Assembly (NCBI GenBank): GCA_040767425.1
Contig: JAXGON010000005.1
Coordinates: 26,969-90,968, forward strand
Reading direction: 5' to 3'
Origin: Anaerolineae bacterium
GTDB lineage: Bacteria > Chloroflexota > Anaerolineae > UBA1429
DNA: 64,000 bases
The notes under the pieces are model-generated. The model saw nothing but the letters and a program-made list of their open reading frames with translations. It ran no database searches and had not been told where the DNA came from. Shown one piece after another: positions 30,528 through 41,153 of the stretch; the first letter of the stretch is position 1, and every line of letters starts with the position of its first letter. A program made the position numbers and the translations under genes.

Positions 30528-32231
30528 ATGAAGCCGTTGGGGTTTGGCTCTATCCGACTAACCTCGGGCGATCTGTTGGAGCGGGCTCGGCGGTCGTTCG
30601 TCCGTCTGCAGCAAGCACCCTATCGTCCTAGCGAGGTCTTTCGTCCAGCCGACTATGACTGGCCGGGCGACTATGAGGGCCGCTTGTTGCTGGCGCAGAT
30701 CCTCCTGGCCCAGGCTTTGGGCGAGGAGCCTGCCAACCTGGCCACCATCCTCGACGCGCTGCCCGACCACCTGAACGAGAGCGGCTACCTGGGGCCGATT
30801 CGCGCCGATCACTTGGTGGACGAGCAGCAGATCTCGGGGCACAACTGGTTTCTCAGCGCCTTGGTGGCGCTCTATCGCTGGCGGGGCGAGGCTGAGACCC
30901 TTGAGGCCATTCGCCGCGTGGTGATCGGCCTGTTACTGCCGACGGCTGGCGCCTATGCGGCCTATCCCTGCGATCCGGAGCAGCGCGCGGCGATGCCCGA
31001 GGGCGCCGCCGCTGGGAGCCGTGTGGACCATCCCATCGGTCGTTGGATACCATCCACCGATGTGGGCTGCGCGTTCATCGCGCTGGACGGGGCCACTGCG
31101 GCCTACCAGGTGTTGCCCGAAGGCTCCGACCGCAAAGCGCTGGGCCAGCTCATCGACGAAATGATCGCCGCCTATCGGGCGATCGACGTTCGAGCGCTCT
31201 CTTTTCAGACCCACGCCACCCTCTCGGCTCTGCGGGGCGTCCTGCGGCACTATGAGACGACAGGCGATGGGGCGCTGCTTGAGTGTGCTGCCGAGCGTTA
31301 CGCCACCTACAAGGCGTATGGCATGACCGAGAACTATGCCAACGAAAACTGGTTCGGCCGACCGACCTGGACGGAACCCTGTGCCGTGGTGGACTCTTTC
31401 CTGGTGGCGATGGACCTGTGGCGGCATACGGGAGAGGTGGGCTACCTCGACGATGCCCATCACATCTACTGGAACGCCCTGGGCCACGGCCAGCGACCTA
31501 ACGGGGGCTTTGGGTGCGACACCTGCACCTCGGCAGAGTCCGAAAGTGGTGCGTTCTTGGCGGTTCACAGCCCGGGCGTGTATGAGGCGACCTGGTGCTG
31601 CACGATGCGGGGCGGGGCGGGGCTGGCCGAGGCGGTTCGTCAGGCCGCCTGGCAAGACGATGAGGGGGTGACGCTCCCGTTCTACCACCCAGGGGAGTAT
31701 CGGGCTCGGTTACCACAGGGCACCTTGGCTTGGACGGTGGAATCATCGTACCCCTATAGCGGCGAGGTCACACTCGCTATCAGCGAGGCGCCCGAGGCTG
31801 AGGCCGTGGCCCTCAGGCTCTATGTCCCCTCTTGGGCGCCACGGCAGTCTGTGTCATTGGTCGTCAACGGTGAGGCGGCGGTGGTGCGCATGGAGCGAGG
31901 GTTGGCGACCATCGTGCAACGGTGGGCGCCGGGCGACAGGGTGGTGATGGGCTACGAGGTGGGGCTGCGTTGGGAGCGGCTGCTGCGGGATCCCTCCCGC
32001 TACCCTGATCTGTGCACACTGCGCCACGGTCCGCTGATCCTGGGCATCGAGAACGAGAACGGACCCATTGAGCTGCCCTCCACACCACCGCGCCCCCTGG
32101 GCGCGGGCCGCTACCGCATCCCCGCGGGGGGCTATACCCTGGCGCCGATCAACCAGGCCATGTACACAAGCGATGAGGAGGCCTTGGCCAGTCGGGTGCA
32201 GATTCTGTTCCGCAGCCAGCAGCCTTGGTGA
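30528..32231 (+). CDS. GH127/GH146-like beta-L-arabinofuranosidase domain protein
   Basis: TEPC, WCC, SSYPYSG, LYVPSW, LRHGPLIL. AAGGAGG SD. Confidence 0.78.
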   Translation: MKPLGFGSIRLTSGDLLERARRSFVRLQQAPYRPSEVFRPADYDWPGDYEGRLLLAQILLAQALGEEPANLATILDALPDHLNESGYLGPIRADHLVDEQQISGHNWFLSALVALYRWRGEAETLEAIRRVVIGLLLPTAGAYAAYPCDPEQRAAMPEGAAAGSRVDHPIGRWIPSTDVGCAFIALDGATAAYQVLPEGSDRKALGQLIDEMIAAYRAIDVRALSFQTHATLSALRGVLRHYETTGDGALLECAAERYATYKAYGMTENYANENWFGRPTWTEPCAVVDSFLVAMDLWRHTGEVGYLDDAHHIYWNALGHGQRPNGGFGCDTCTSAESESGAFLAVHSPGVYEATWCCTMRGGAGLAEAVRQAAWQDDEGVTLPFYHPGEYRARLPQGTLAWTVESSYPYSGEVTLAISEAPEAEAVALRLYVPSWAPRQSVSLVVNGEAAVVRMERGLATIVQRWAPGDRVVMGYEVGLRWERLLRDPSRYPDLCTLRHGPLILGIENENGPIELPSTPPRPLGAGRYRIPAGGYTLAPINQAMYTSDEEALASRVQILFRSQQPW

Positions 32232-32272
32232 GGACCGCTGTGGTAACATCGAGCGCGGGAGCGACGAGGCGG

Positions 32273-33574
32273 ATGCCGCTGGGGCGGCTGATCGTCTGCT
32301 TGGGCCTGGTCCTGAGCCTGTCTGGAGCCGCCCCGGCTGAGGACGTACGGGGAGCCGTTGCGGCCATTGCCGCGCCCTACCGGTTTGACGCCGTTCGCTG
32401 GATGGTTTCGCAGTGGGTCCGGGGTGGGGCCTACGGCGGGCAAGCCTTGGATGAGGCGCCCGCGGCCCTTGTGTGGCGCTATCTGGCGATCACGCGCGAG
32501 ATCGAGGGGCTGGAGCAGCAACGCGAGCTGGCCATCGCACGCGAGACCGATCGCGTGCCGGCAGAGCTCGACGCGCGCTTGGCGCGGCTACGTGAGAACC
32601 AGCGGAGCATGCAGCCAGGCGTAGAACGCACCCTAACCAGCCAGATCCGCTCCGTACTGATCGACCTCGGTATCCGCAGTCCGGCCGACGGGTGGGCCGC
32701 GTGGACGCCGTTCTTTCCACCGATCTCGTTCCGCATCGAGAATCCGCCGCACCTACTGGTGGTGTCGCCGCGAGACCGCATCGAGAGCGTCGCGCAGATC
32801 ACGCTGGTGCAGGATCTCGACTTGGCCACTGCGCTGGATATCGAGAGCGAGGTCGAGGCCCTGGGCTATTCGGCGCTGGTCACAGGCATAGGGGGCTTTG
32901 GCGGCACCTATCCCACCTTTGTGGCCGAGAGCAGCTCGCTTCGGTGGATTGTCGAGACCGCTACCGAAGAGTGGTTTCACCAGTACCTTGCCTTTACGCC
33001 GGTGGGCAGCCGTTATGTGCTGCACCTGGTGGGCTGGCGGCCCGACTATGAGATCGCGCGCATCAACGAGACCGTCGCGGGGTTCGTGGCCAGCGAGGTG
33101 GCTGACCAGGTACTGGATCGGTACTATGGCGGGGAAGCGGTTCCCGCGGTGGAGACGGTCGCAAGCGAGTTCGACTATACACGGTTCATGCGCGAGACCC
33201 GCCTGACCGTAGATCGGCTGCTGGCGGACGGCGAGGTCGAGGCGGCCGAGACGTACATGGAGGCGCGACGGCAGGAGCTGGTCGCGCGGGGGTACGCCAT
33301 CCGCAAGCTGAACCAGGCCTACTTTGCTTTCCACGGCACCTACACCTATGGGCCGGCCGCCGTGGATCCGATCTACGAGGAGATCAAGCTCTTGCGGGCC
33401 AAGAGCCCCAGCTTGAGCGCGTTCGTACAGGCCGCTGCCCGGCTGACCAGTCGTGCGCACCTGCGGAGCCTGCTGGAGCTGCCGGCGCCGGAGCAAGCGT
33501 CGGTCTGGCCTCGCCCGGGGCCGTCGCTGGGGGCTTGCGCGCGCATCGATCGCCATGGTAGGATGGGGGCGTGA
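32273..33574 (+). CDS. Secreted putative zinc aminopeptidase-like protein
   Basis: Signal peptide, EEWFHQYL...INETVA, IRKLNQAYFAFHGTY. Start uncertain (32228/32273). Confidence 0.7.
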   Translation: MPLGRLIVCLGLVLSLSGAAPAEDVRGAVAAIAAPYRFDAVRWMVSQWVRGGAYGGQALDEAPAALVWRYLAITREIEGLEQQRELAIARETDRVPAELDARLARLRENQRSMQPGVERTLTSQIRSVLIDLGIRSPADGWAAWTPFFPPISFRIENPPHLLVVSPRDRIESVAQITLVQDLDLATALDIESEVEALGYSALVTGIGGFGGTYPTFVAESSSLRWIVETATEEWFHQYLAFTPVGSRYVLHLVGWRPDYEIARINETVAGFVASEVADQVLDRYYGGEAVPAVETVASEFDYTRFMRETRLTVDRLLADGEVEAAETYMEARRQELVARGYAIRKLNQAYFAFHGTYTYGPAAVDPIYEEIKLLRAKSPSLSAFVQAAARLTSRAHLRSLLELPAPEQASVWPRPGPSLGACARIDRHGRMGA

Positions 33575-33584
33575 AAGGAGCCAG

Positions 33585-33833
33585 ATGGCTATCTTTGTTC
33601 AGCGACCGCGCACCACGCCCGATGAGGTTCTGGGGCTGGCCCGGGTCTATTTCCAGACGTTGGGGCTGCGCATCACCCACCAGGACGCCTACGAGCTGGC
33701 GCTGCGCGATGGGCGCGGCTATGTGCGCGTCCAGGCGCTACCTTTGCGCGCCAACCGCCGTCGGGTTGGCCTCACCGTCGATAGCTGCGGCTGGGAGGCC
33801 TGGGCACGGCATTTCCTGAACCACACCGACTAG
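33585..33833 (+). CDS. Small hypothetical protein (82 aa)
   Basis: AAGGAG SD directly after the upstream stop; MAIFVQRPRTTPDEVL... Confidence 0.65.
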   Translation: MAIFVQRPRTTPDEVLGLARVYFQTLGLRITHQDAYELALRDGRGYVRVQALPLRANRRRVGLTVDSCGWEAWARHFLNHTD

Positions 33834-33961
33834 GGGATGGTAGGCGACGGGCTTGCGGGCTCATCCGTATCCTTTGGCGCTGGTGGACGTCCTATCAGTA
33901 GAGGCGGGGTGTGCAGCCCGCCGTAGATAGGTATGTCTGTGCGGATGCATGAGGAGGTGCT

Positions 33962-34597
33962 ATGCGGTACAAGGCTATGGCGCTGATGGTGCTGTTGTTG
34001 TTCTGCCTAGCGCAACTGGTGGTGCTGGCTGACAAACCTGTCGGCCACGACAAGACGTTCTGCGCGGGCAACTCGCACGTCTGCTTCGAGGACGGCGTCA
34101 AGATCAAGGATCCCGAGCGTTTCCCGGGGAACGGCGCTCCCGCTGAGGATCGTGAGCCACCGCGCCAGGGTGAGCACGGGATCATCGGCCAGGCGGGCCG
34201 CTCGAACAATGCGTTCATGGAGCTAGTGAGCAAGAACCCCGAGAGCTGGGAGATCCGTCTCGGCGAGGGCTGGGGCAAGCTTCGCTACAGGCTAGAGGCC
34301 CCCGAGTTTGCCTACCACTTTACCGGACAATTGTTGACGCCTGGCACCGAGTACGCGTTGATCATCTATGTGGATCCGTGGCCAGGGACGGGCAGCGTGT
34401 TGCTTGCTAGCGGCTATGCCGACGAGTATGGCAGCCTGCTGCTGAAAGGCTCCCTAGACCTGGACGCCAGTCTCAGCGATGCCAAGGTCTGGCTGGTGTA
34501 TGCCGATGACTTTGACGGTGAAAAGCTGACGGGCTGGAATCCCGAGGGCTACCTGTTCGAGTACGACCTGATCTCGTACACCGATACGGACGCCTAG
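33962..34597 (+). CDS. Secreted hypothetical protein
   Basis: GAGGAGG SD, signal peptide, acidic beta-rich mature part. Confidence 0.75.
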   Translation: MRYKAMALMVLLLFCLAQLVVLADKPVGHDKTFCAGNSHVCFEDGVKIKDPERFPGNGAPAEDREPPRQGEHGIIGQAGRSNNAFMELVSKNPESWEIRLGEGWGKLRYRLEAPEFAYHFTGQLLTPGTEYALIIYVDPWPGTGSVLLASGYADEYGSLLLKGSLDLDASLSDAKVWLVYADDFDGEKLTGWNPEGYLFEYDLISYTDTDA

Positions 34598-34653
34598 TTG
34601 GTCGAACCTTCCGAGGCGTGAGGTCTGAGCCTAGCGCCAGGTGGCAATCTCTC

Positions 34654-34687
34654 GAGCCGTCGCAATCACTCGCGACGGCTCCTTTTT
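34654..34687 (+). terminator. Intrinsic terminator
   Basis: GAGCCGTCGC/GCGACGGCTC + CTTTTT. Confidence 0.7.
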
Positions 34688-35097
34688 CCCCCGGATAGCC
34701 TGCCCCTAGGCCAAGACGATCAGCGCCACCACGGCCGGCGCGAGGACCGCCCCAAGCGGTCGCGACCAGTCCCAGAGCTGGCGCCCGTTGTCCCCACCGA
34801 AGGGAATCAGCCGGCTGAATCCGGCGAATCTCGCCGCGAGGCATGATCGGTTCGTCGGGCATGTGGCGTCGTTCCTCTCGCAGGGGGGCTACTGGCGGGG
34901 GAGCAACACCGCAAAGTCGTCGTTGGTGCGCCCCAGCCCCATCGTGGCGTTGTGGCGACAGGTAGCCCGGGCGCGGCCGCCGGTTCGCCCGGGCCAAGGG
35001 TGCTGGTCGCCTCGAGCGACAGTCTGTGCTATCATCGGTGTTCGGCGTCCATCGCCGGCATCATGCTGCCATCCAGCCTACCCCATAGGAGCTCGCC

Positions 35098-36003
35098 ATG
35101 CCGCGCAAGGCCCTGATCGCCCTCCTGGTAACCGTCGCCGTTTGGGGCTCGACCTACACCATCACGCGAGCCGCACTGGCCGAGATCGGGCCGTTCGCGC
35201 TGAGCGTGCTGCGACTGCTCATCGCCTTTGTGGCCTTGTACCCCCTGGCCCACCGTCGCGGCTACCGGCCCGCGATGAGCCTTCAGCCCCGCTACCTGGG
35301 CTTTGGTCTGACGGGCATCGCCGCCTATTTTGGCCTACAGAACCTGGCGCTGGGCTATACCTCGGCGGTGAGTGCCGTGCTAATCCAGGGGCTAATCCCG
35401 GCCGTCACGGCGGTGGCCGCCGTGCTGCTGCTGGGCGAACGGCTTCGTCCGGTGCAGTGGGGCGGCATCGCGTTGGCGATAGTGGGAACGGCCATCGTCA
35501 GCCAGACCGAGGGGCAAGAGGCGGTCGGCGCAAACCCCCTGCTGGGCAACCTACTGATGGTGGCCTGCGTGCTGGTGTGGGCGGCCTATACCATCCAAGG
35601 CAAGCGACTGAGCACGCGCGAGCCCGCCGCGGTCAACACGACGGCGTCCATCCTGGCGGGCACGCTGATGCTGACCCCCCTGGCCGCCTGGGAGCTACGC
35701 GGCGGCCTGCCAGCCCTCAGCGTGGGCACCTGGCTAGCCATCCTGTATCTGGGGCTGGTGGCCTCGGCGTTGACTCTGTTCCTCTGGAACTATGCCCTAG
35801 AGACGGTGCCGGCCTCGCTGGCCACCGCCTACCTCAACCTGATGCCCATCGTCGGGGTGGCCTTTGGCCTGGCCGCCGGCGAGCCGCTGCTCCTGCCCCA
35901 GATGCTGGGTGGCGCCTTGACCCTGGCCGGGGTCTGGGTGGCGGATCGATGCGGGCATTCGGATGCACGGCGGCCGGCGACACAGCAGCAAGCTGCGGGC
36001 TAG
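35098..36003 (+). CDS. DMT/EamA family transporter
   Basis: VWG..Y, LLLGER, two EamA repeats, about 10 TM segments. Confidence 0.92.
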   Translation: MPRKALIALLVTVAVWGSTYTITRAALAEIGPFALSVLRLLIAFVALYPLAHRRGYRPAMSLQPRYLGFGLTGIAAYFGLQNLALGYTSAVSAVLIQGLIPAVTAVAAVLLLGERLRPVQWGGIALAIVGTAIVSQTEGQEAVGANPLLGNLLMVACVLVWAAYTIQGKRLSTREPAAVNTTASILAGTLMLTPLAAWELRGGLPALSVGTWLAILYLGLVASALTLFLWNYALETVPASLATAYLNLMPIVGVAFGLAAGEPLLLPQMLGGALTLAGVWVADRCGHSDARRPATQQQAAG

Positions 36004-36031
36004 CCGTCGGTCCACTTGAGCGGCCAACCCA

Positions 36032-38806
36032 CTACTCGACGTCGAACTGGGCGATGATGCCGCCTTTGGCGGTCTCGCCCGACGGCCACGTGATGTCCAG
36101 CTCTACTCCTGTCTCCAGGTCATACCAGACGACCGCCACCTGGTATCGGCCGGGCGGCAGTTCGAGGGACTCGTCAAGGCGATAGACGTCAGTCACATAC
36201 TCGCCCGGGAGCCAAGCCGTGGTCGGCCAGGCGCCATCGCCGGGGATGCGGTCCTCCTGGGCCACTATCCGTCCCGTCACATCGGTGATCCGCACCGACA
36301 CAGTGTAGGAGACGTCCATAGGACGTAACGCGCGCCAGTGCAGGATTAACCGCGGCGATTGATCCGTGACCCGTGATGAGCTCCTGGCGTAATACCCCAC
36401 CAGCTCGATGGACTGGCCGAAGCGCAGCGACGCGGCCCTGGGAAGCACCGACTCGCGGAACTGGCGTACATAATCGTCGACCGTCACCGTCCCCAGCAGA
36501 GCAGGGGACGAACCTGCATCGCCCGGATCCAGAGAGGCTCGCAGGGCATAGCGGCCCGGCGCGATGTCTCGCTCCACCCTGAGGCGAATCTGTTGGCGCA
36601 GCACATCGCCAGGCCGCCAGACGCCCGAGCCGGTGGAGCCGGCGACCGGCCCGCTAGCATGGCCGGCCGCGCCTGCCTCGCCCAGGTCAAGCCGCAGCCG
36701 ATGGTCGCAGGCCTCAGGCTCCACGCACCGCCACCAGAGCGAGAGCTCGATGGTATCGCCCGGGAGAACGTGCTCGGGGACGGGCGAGACGCCCACAAGC
36801 TCGATGCCCGGCGCCAAGGCCAGGCCCAGCCGTGTGTGGATAGGCAGAGCGTCCACGTCGCAAGGCTCGGAGGCAGGCAGCACCGTCACCGTGCCGAGGT
36901 CGACGTCGTAGCCCAGCCGATGGCCGTCGGCGCTCAAGACGGGAAGCCCCGTCCAACGCTCCGCCGGGTGGACCCGCGCCACGACCTGATAGCGCCCCGG
37001 CGGTGTCGCCAGGTCCACCGGCAGCTCATGCACCTGCAGCGAGGTCTCACCGGCCGGCCACTGGGAACTGGGGCGCAAGACCGCCGTCTCGATGTTGTCG
37101 TCGCTCAGTAGCGTCTCGGCGTCCATGTCGACCAGCGCCTTGCTGCCCAAACCCCAACGATGGCCCTCTGCGTCCACCAGCCGCAGCGAGGCGTTCAAGT
37201 CCACCGGCAACGCTGCCAGAGCCTGCCATCGCACCAACACGCTCAGATTCTGGCCCGGCTCGGCCTGGGCCACCTCCCACTGGTACCCCGTCAACGCCAA
37301 CACATGGCCAAAGTCGTACTCGGTGATCTCGCCCGGCCAGTGGTCCTCCCGCGTGTACACCTCGATCGGTCGGCTGTCATAGAGGAGCCTACCTACCAGG
37401 TGAAAATGGGTCTGGACATACTGCTTCCACTCGGCATAGTCAACCAGGTTCACGAGCTGATGAGCGCCCGGTCCCACATTGAGAAGGACCACCTGGACGT
37501 CATAGGCCTCGATCTCCTGGATCAGATCGCGCCCGGTGATCTGGCCACTCTCGGTGGCCCCCTCGGAGAGCCCAGCGCCCAGCGGCGTGGTGCGTCGCCG
37601 CGCCGCCACGTTGATGCCGGGATAGTCCGACAGCACATAGTCGCTGGGATCGGTGATCTCGCTCAGGTACGCCGCCCAGCGCGGCGTGTCCTCCTCCCGC
37701 CAACGTCCTACCGTGAGGTTGCGCTGATGCTCGGGATAGAGCGCCAACCCTGCCAGGAACAAAAGGGTGCCAACGCCCAACGCCCGCCCCCAGCCGCGGG
37801 CGGGGATCCGCTCCGCCAGGCCGTCCAGACCGACGCCACCCAGCGCGGCCAGCGTGGGGATCAGGTAGGTCAGGTGCCGTAGCTGGAGATCCCGAGTCAT
37901 CCCCATAAAGACCAGGGCGGTGGCCACCTGGCACGCCAACGCCACAGCCAACGCCGGCTTTTTCGCATAGGCCACGGCCAGCCCGGCCACCGCCAACAGA
38001 GTGTACACCGGCTGTGTACGCACGGCCTCCCAGTACATGGAGAGCGCCTTGCGGACGACCTCTTTCCACGGCGTGCCGGCACCTTGCCCCAGATGGTGCC
38101 CCACCACGGCGCCCAAAAAGCCAGGCTCTAGCGCCGAGTAGACGCCCACCACCCCTGCAACCAGCGCCAAATACCCGACCGCGAACCAGCCCACCCGCCG
38201 CAAGGCCTCGCGTCGATCAGGCGAGCGCCACGCCCAGAGGACGGCCCACAGCCCCAGCCCGCCAGCCATCAGCGCGCCGAACAGCTTGGTCATGGTGGCC
38301 AAGCCCAACGCCACCCCCGCCAGACACGTCAGCCACGAACGCCGGCGATGATGGCCCAGGGCGTAGAGGGCATAGCCCACCACCCCCCAGAAGAGCATGC
38401 CGGCCTCGGGCCGGAAAAAGCGGGCAGCGAAAAAGACTTCATGCTGCGGCAGAAAGAGCAACAGGCTAAAAAACGCCGCCCGCTCGCCGACGATGCGCCG
38501 CATGAGCAGGAATCCGACCAGCGCCGTGAGCAGCACCAGCGCCACCATGCTGAGGCGCATCCACAAGACCGAGCCGTCGGTCAGCGCGAAAAGCAGCCCG
38601 CCTGGATAGAGAAATCCGGGGAGCTGCGGGGTGAGGAAATCCCGATAGGGCATCTCGCCCTCGGCAATCCGCCAGGCAGCATAGAGGTACCCACCCTCGT
38701 CGTCATAGGCCTGGTAGCTCGTGAGGCCCAGGGCATAGCCGATGCCCGCGAGCAGCAACACCAGCAGCAGTGCCACGATGGTTCGTCGACGTGAAGCGTA
38801 ACCCAT
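36032..38806 (-). CDS. GT39/ArnT-PMT-like membrane glycosyltransferase with repeated C-terminal extracellular domains
   Basis: DDEGGYLYAA..I..G..PYRDF..PQ.PG, followed by repeated L.W / W.PG..V...PPGRY modules. Confidence 0.85.
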   Translation of the reverse strand: MGYASRRRTIVALLLVLLLAGIGYALGLTSYQAYDDEGGYLYAAWRIAEGEMPYRDFLTPQLPGFLYPGGLLFALTDGSVLWMRLSMVALVLLTALVGFLLMRRIVGERAAFFSLLLFLPQHEVFFAARFFRPEAGMLFWGVVGYALYALGHHRRRSWLTCLAGVALGLATMTKLFGALMAGGLGLWAVLWAWRSPDRREALRRVGWFAVGYLALVAGVVGVYSALEPGFLGAVVGHHLGQGAGTPWKEVVRKALSMYWEAVRTQPVYTLLAVAGLAVAYAKKPALAVALACQVATALVFMGMTRDLQLRHLTYLIPTLAALGGVGLDGLAERIPARGWGRALGVGTLLFLAGLALYPEHQRNLTVGRWREEDTPRWAAYLSEITDPSDYVLSDYPGINVAARRRTTPLGAGLSEGATESGQITGRDLIQEIEAYDVQVVLLNVGPGAHQLVNLVDYAEWKQYVQTHFHLVGRLLYDSRPIEVYTREDHWPGEITEYDFGHVLALTGYQWEVAQAEPGQNLSVLVRWQALAALPVDLNASLRLVDAEGHRWGLGSKALVDMDAETLLSDDNIETAVLRPSSQWPAGETSLQVHELPVDLATPPGRYQVVARVHPAERWTGLPVLSADGHRLGYDVDLGTVTVLPASEPCDVDALPIHTRLGLALAPGIELVGVSPVPEHVLPGDTIELSLWWRCVEPEACDHRLRLDLGEAGAAGHASGPVAGSTGSGVWRPGDVLRQQIRLRVERDIAPGRYALRASLDPGDAGSSPALLGTVTVDDYVRQFRESVLPRAASLRFGQSIELVGYYARSSSRVTDQSPRLILHWRALRPMDVSYTVSVRITDVTGRIVAQEDRIPGDGAWPTTAWLPGEYVTDVYRLDESLELPPGRYQVAVVWYDLETGVELDITWPSGETAKGGIIAQFDVE

Positions 38807-39064
38807 GAACGCGAGATCCCCTCCCTTGAGACCATGTTCACCCAGGCCCGGCGTGGTGATAGCCAGACGTGCCGGAAGCGACCCAGGCAGCCCCAGCGCC
38901 TTGCCCCCTTTCTTCTACGAGCGGCGCGCGTTTGGTAGTCGGTTCTGCGGGCGGCCGGCCTCTATTGCAGCGGCCAGTGCTCGACGGGTCGCCGCCTTGA
39001 CAAGCCACCCCCCTTCTGCGAGACTGCGGCCTCGTGTGATCGCCCACGCGCCCCCAGGAGTCCA

Positions 39065-40306
39065 ATGCACCGCGATACCCGCGTCGCCTGGATCCTAGCT
39101 GGCTGCACGGCGCTGTCGCTCTTTGGCGATGCGACACTCTATGCCGTGCTACCCTCGCAACACGCCCAGGCCGGTGTGGCACTGGCGTCGGTCGGCTGGC
39201 TGCTCTCGGTGAACCGATTGGTGCGCCTGCCGCTCAACCTGCCGGTCGGCTGGCTGACCGATCGGGTCGACCCCAAGCGCCTGTACCTGCTGGGTATCGC
39301 GCTGGGGGCCGCTTCCACCGCCGGCTATGGCCTGGTGCGCGGGTTGTGGCCGCTGCTGGCGCTGCGCGCCCTGTGGGGCATCGCCTGGACTTTGATTGCG
39401 GTGGCTGGCACTACCTTGCTGCTCAACGTCAGCCACCCCGCCCGACGCGGCCGCCTGATGGGGCTGTACGACTCGTTTGCCTTTCTCGGCGGCGCGGTGG
39501 GGCCCATCCTGGGCGGCTACCTGGCGGACACGCGAGGCTTTCCGCTAGCCATGCTGGTGTTGGCTGCCTGCACGGGAGCGGGCCTGCTCCTGGGGATCGC
39601 GCTGGTGCCGGCCACGCCACCGGCTCGTGGCGCTCCGCCCCCCCAGCGAGTTGGCTGGACCCGGGTCCGGACCGGGGCAGCGCGCGCCCTGCAAGCTCTG
39701 CGCGAGGCCGGACGCCCTCTGGCGGTGATCCTAGCCCTAAACGGAGCGCACCGCTTCTTTTTTGCTGGGGTATTCTACGCGACCTTTGGCCGTTATCTCC
39801 TGGAGGCGTTGGGCGAGGAGGTCCGCGTCGGAGCCCTGCTCCTGGGCGTCGCCGGGCTGACGGGCACGCTCTTGTTCGTACGGAACGTGATCACGGCGTT
39901 GGTGGGGCCTCTGCTGGGCCACCTGAGCGACCTGCTGCAGAGCCGCGCCCGGGTGTTGATCCTGGGAGAGATTTGCGGTGTGCTGGGCCTAGCCGTCTAC
40001 GGGCTGAGCGGCCATCCTGCGGCCATCGCTGCCGGCCTTGGGCTGACGGCCGTCGCCTACGGGATCGTTCCCTCGCTGCTGATGGCGTGGGCCGGCGACA
40101 TCACCGACGCCGCCAACCGCGGACCGGTGGTGGGAGCCTACCAGACCCTAGGCGACCTTGGATCTGGCGTGGCGCCAGCTGTTGTGTACCCGTTGATGGC
40201 GTTGATCGGCCTGGCGCCGGTCTACTTGGCCAGCGCCGCCTGTCTGATCGCCACCATCCCGCTGATCGTATGGGCCATGGGATCGAGCGCTCCCGCGCGA
40301 GCCTAG
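39065..40306 (+). CDS. MFS transporter
   Basis: About 12 TM segments, GWLTDRV, RGRLMGLY, GPILGG. Confidence 0.9.
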   Translation: MHRDTRVAWILAGCTALSLFGDATLYAVLPSQHAQAGVALASVGWLLSVNRLVRLPLNLPVGWLTDRVDPKRLYLLGIALGAASTAGYGLVRGLWPLLALRALWGIAWTLIAVAGTTLLLNVSHPARRGRLMGLYDSFAFLGGAVGPILGGYLADTRGFPLAMLVLAACTGAGLLLGIALVPATPPARGAPPPQRVGWTRVRTGAARALQALREAGRPLAVILALNGAHRFFFAGVFYATFGRYLLEALGEEVRVGALLLGVAGLTGTLLFVRNVITALVGPLLGHLSDLLQSRARVLILGEICGVLGLAVYGLSGHPAAIAAGLGLTAVAYGIVPSLLMAWAGDITDAANRGPVVGAYQTLGDLGSGVAPAVVYPLMALIGLAPVYLASAACLIATIPLIVWAMGSSAPARA

Positions 40307-40434
40307 GGCGCCCGCTACCACCGTAGACACCCATCAGGCCATCACCTGCTCTCCACACCCCCTTCACGCGTGTCTGCTATACTTTGCCTGTGATCGAGGA
40401 TTCAATAAGGCGCAAGAGAGTTGGAGGCAGCATC

Positions 40435-41031
40435 ATGAAGAGAATCGGCACTATGATAATCGTTGCGTTGGCATCGTTGGCGGTGCTGGTCACGCCCGTG
40501 GCGGCAGACACCTCGTTGCCGTGTCCCATCTGTGACACGGCTGCCACAAGCAGCTATGTGGGGGCCCTAACCGAGAGCGAGGTCGAGGGGCTGCTGCTAG
40601 CCCTGAATGACGAGTACCACGCCTGGGCGGTATACGATCAGGTGCTGGTCGATTTCGATGACGTGCGGCCCTTTAGCCGGATCATCAAGTCTGAGGAGCG
40701 GCATATCGAGGCCCTGGTCGATCTCTTTGACACCTATGGCCTGTCCGTGCCCGCGAACCCTTGGATCGGCGAGGTGCCCTCCTTCGCTAGTGTTCAGGAA
40801 GCTGCACAGGCCGGCGTGGATGCCGAGGTCGCTAACGCGGAGCTGTACGACCAGCTTTTCGCGAGCACCGATCGCGAGGATATTGAGCGAGTCTATACGT
40901 CGCTGCAACGAGCGTCGCTAGAGAATCACTTGCCAGCCTTTGAGCGCGCAGCGTCCCGTGAATCGACGACCAGACAGGCTGCCGGTCGCGGCAGGGCACC
41001 GATGGCCGCCCGGGGCCGCGCCTCGCAGTAG
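40435..41031 (+). CDS. Secreted ferritin-like (DUF2202-like) protein
   Basis: Signal peptide, ALNDEY.A, SEERH, AEVAN..LY, S.ENHLPAF. Confidence 0.8.
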   Translation: MKRIGTMIIVALASLAVLVTPVAADTSLPCPICDTAATSSYVGALTESEVEGLLLALNDEYHAWAVYDQVLVDFDDVRPFSRIIKSEERHIEALVDLFDTYGLSVPANPWIGEVPSFASVQEAAQAGVDAEVANAELYDQLFASTDREDIERVYTSLQRASLENHLPAFERAASRESTTRQAAGRGRAPMAARGRASQ

Positions 41032-41053
41032 GCACGACATGTTGCCCGACCGG

Positions 41054-41084
41054 ACAGAGGGGCTGAAACAGCCCCTCTGTTTTC
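41054..41084 (+). terminator. Intrinsic terminator
   Basis: ACAGAGGGGCTG-AAA-CAGCCCCTCTGT + TTTC. Confidence 0.75.
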
Positions 41085-41153
41085 TGTCCCCCTTGACGCC
41101 CACCGCCCCTCCCAGCAGAATCAGCTTCAAGACGCATACGGAGGGGAGTCCCC

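Noticed and set aside
34706-34850. Minus-strand fragment LIPFGGDNGRQLWDWSRPLGAVL resembling an M50 peptidase C-terminus
   Set aside because: Too short, with no start codon and only weak motif similarity; cannot be supported without BLASTX.
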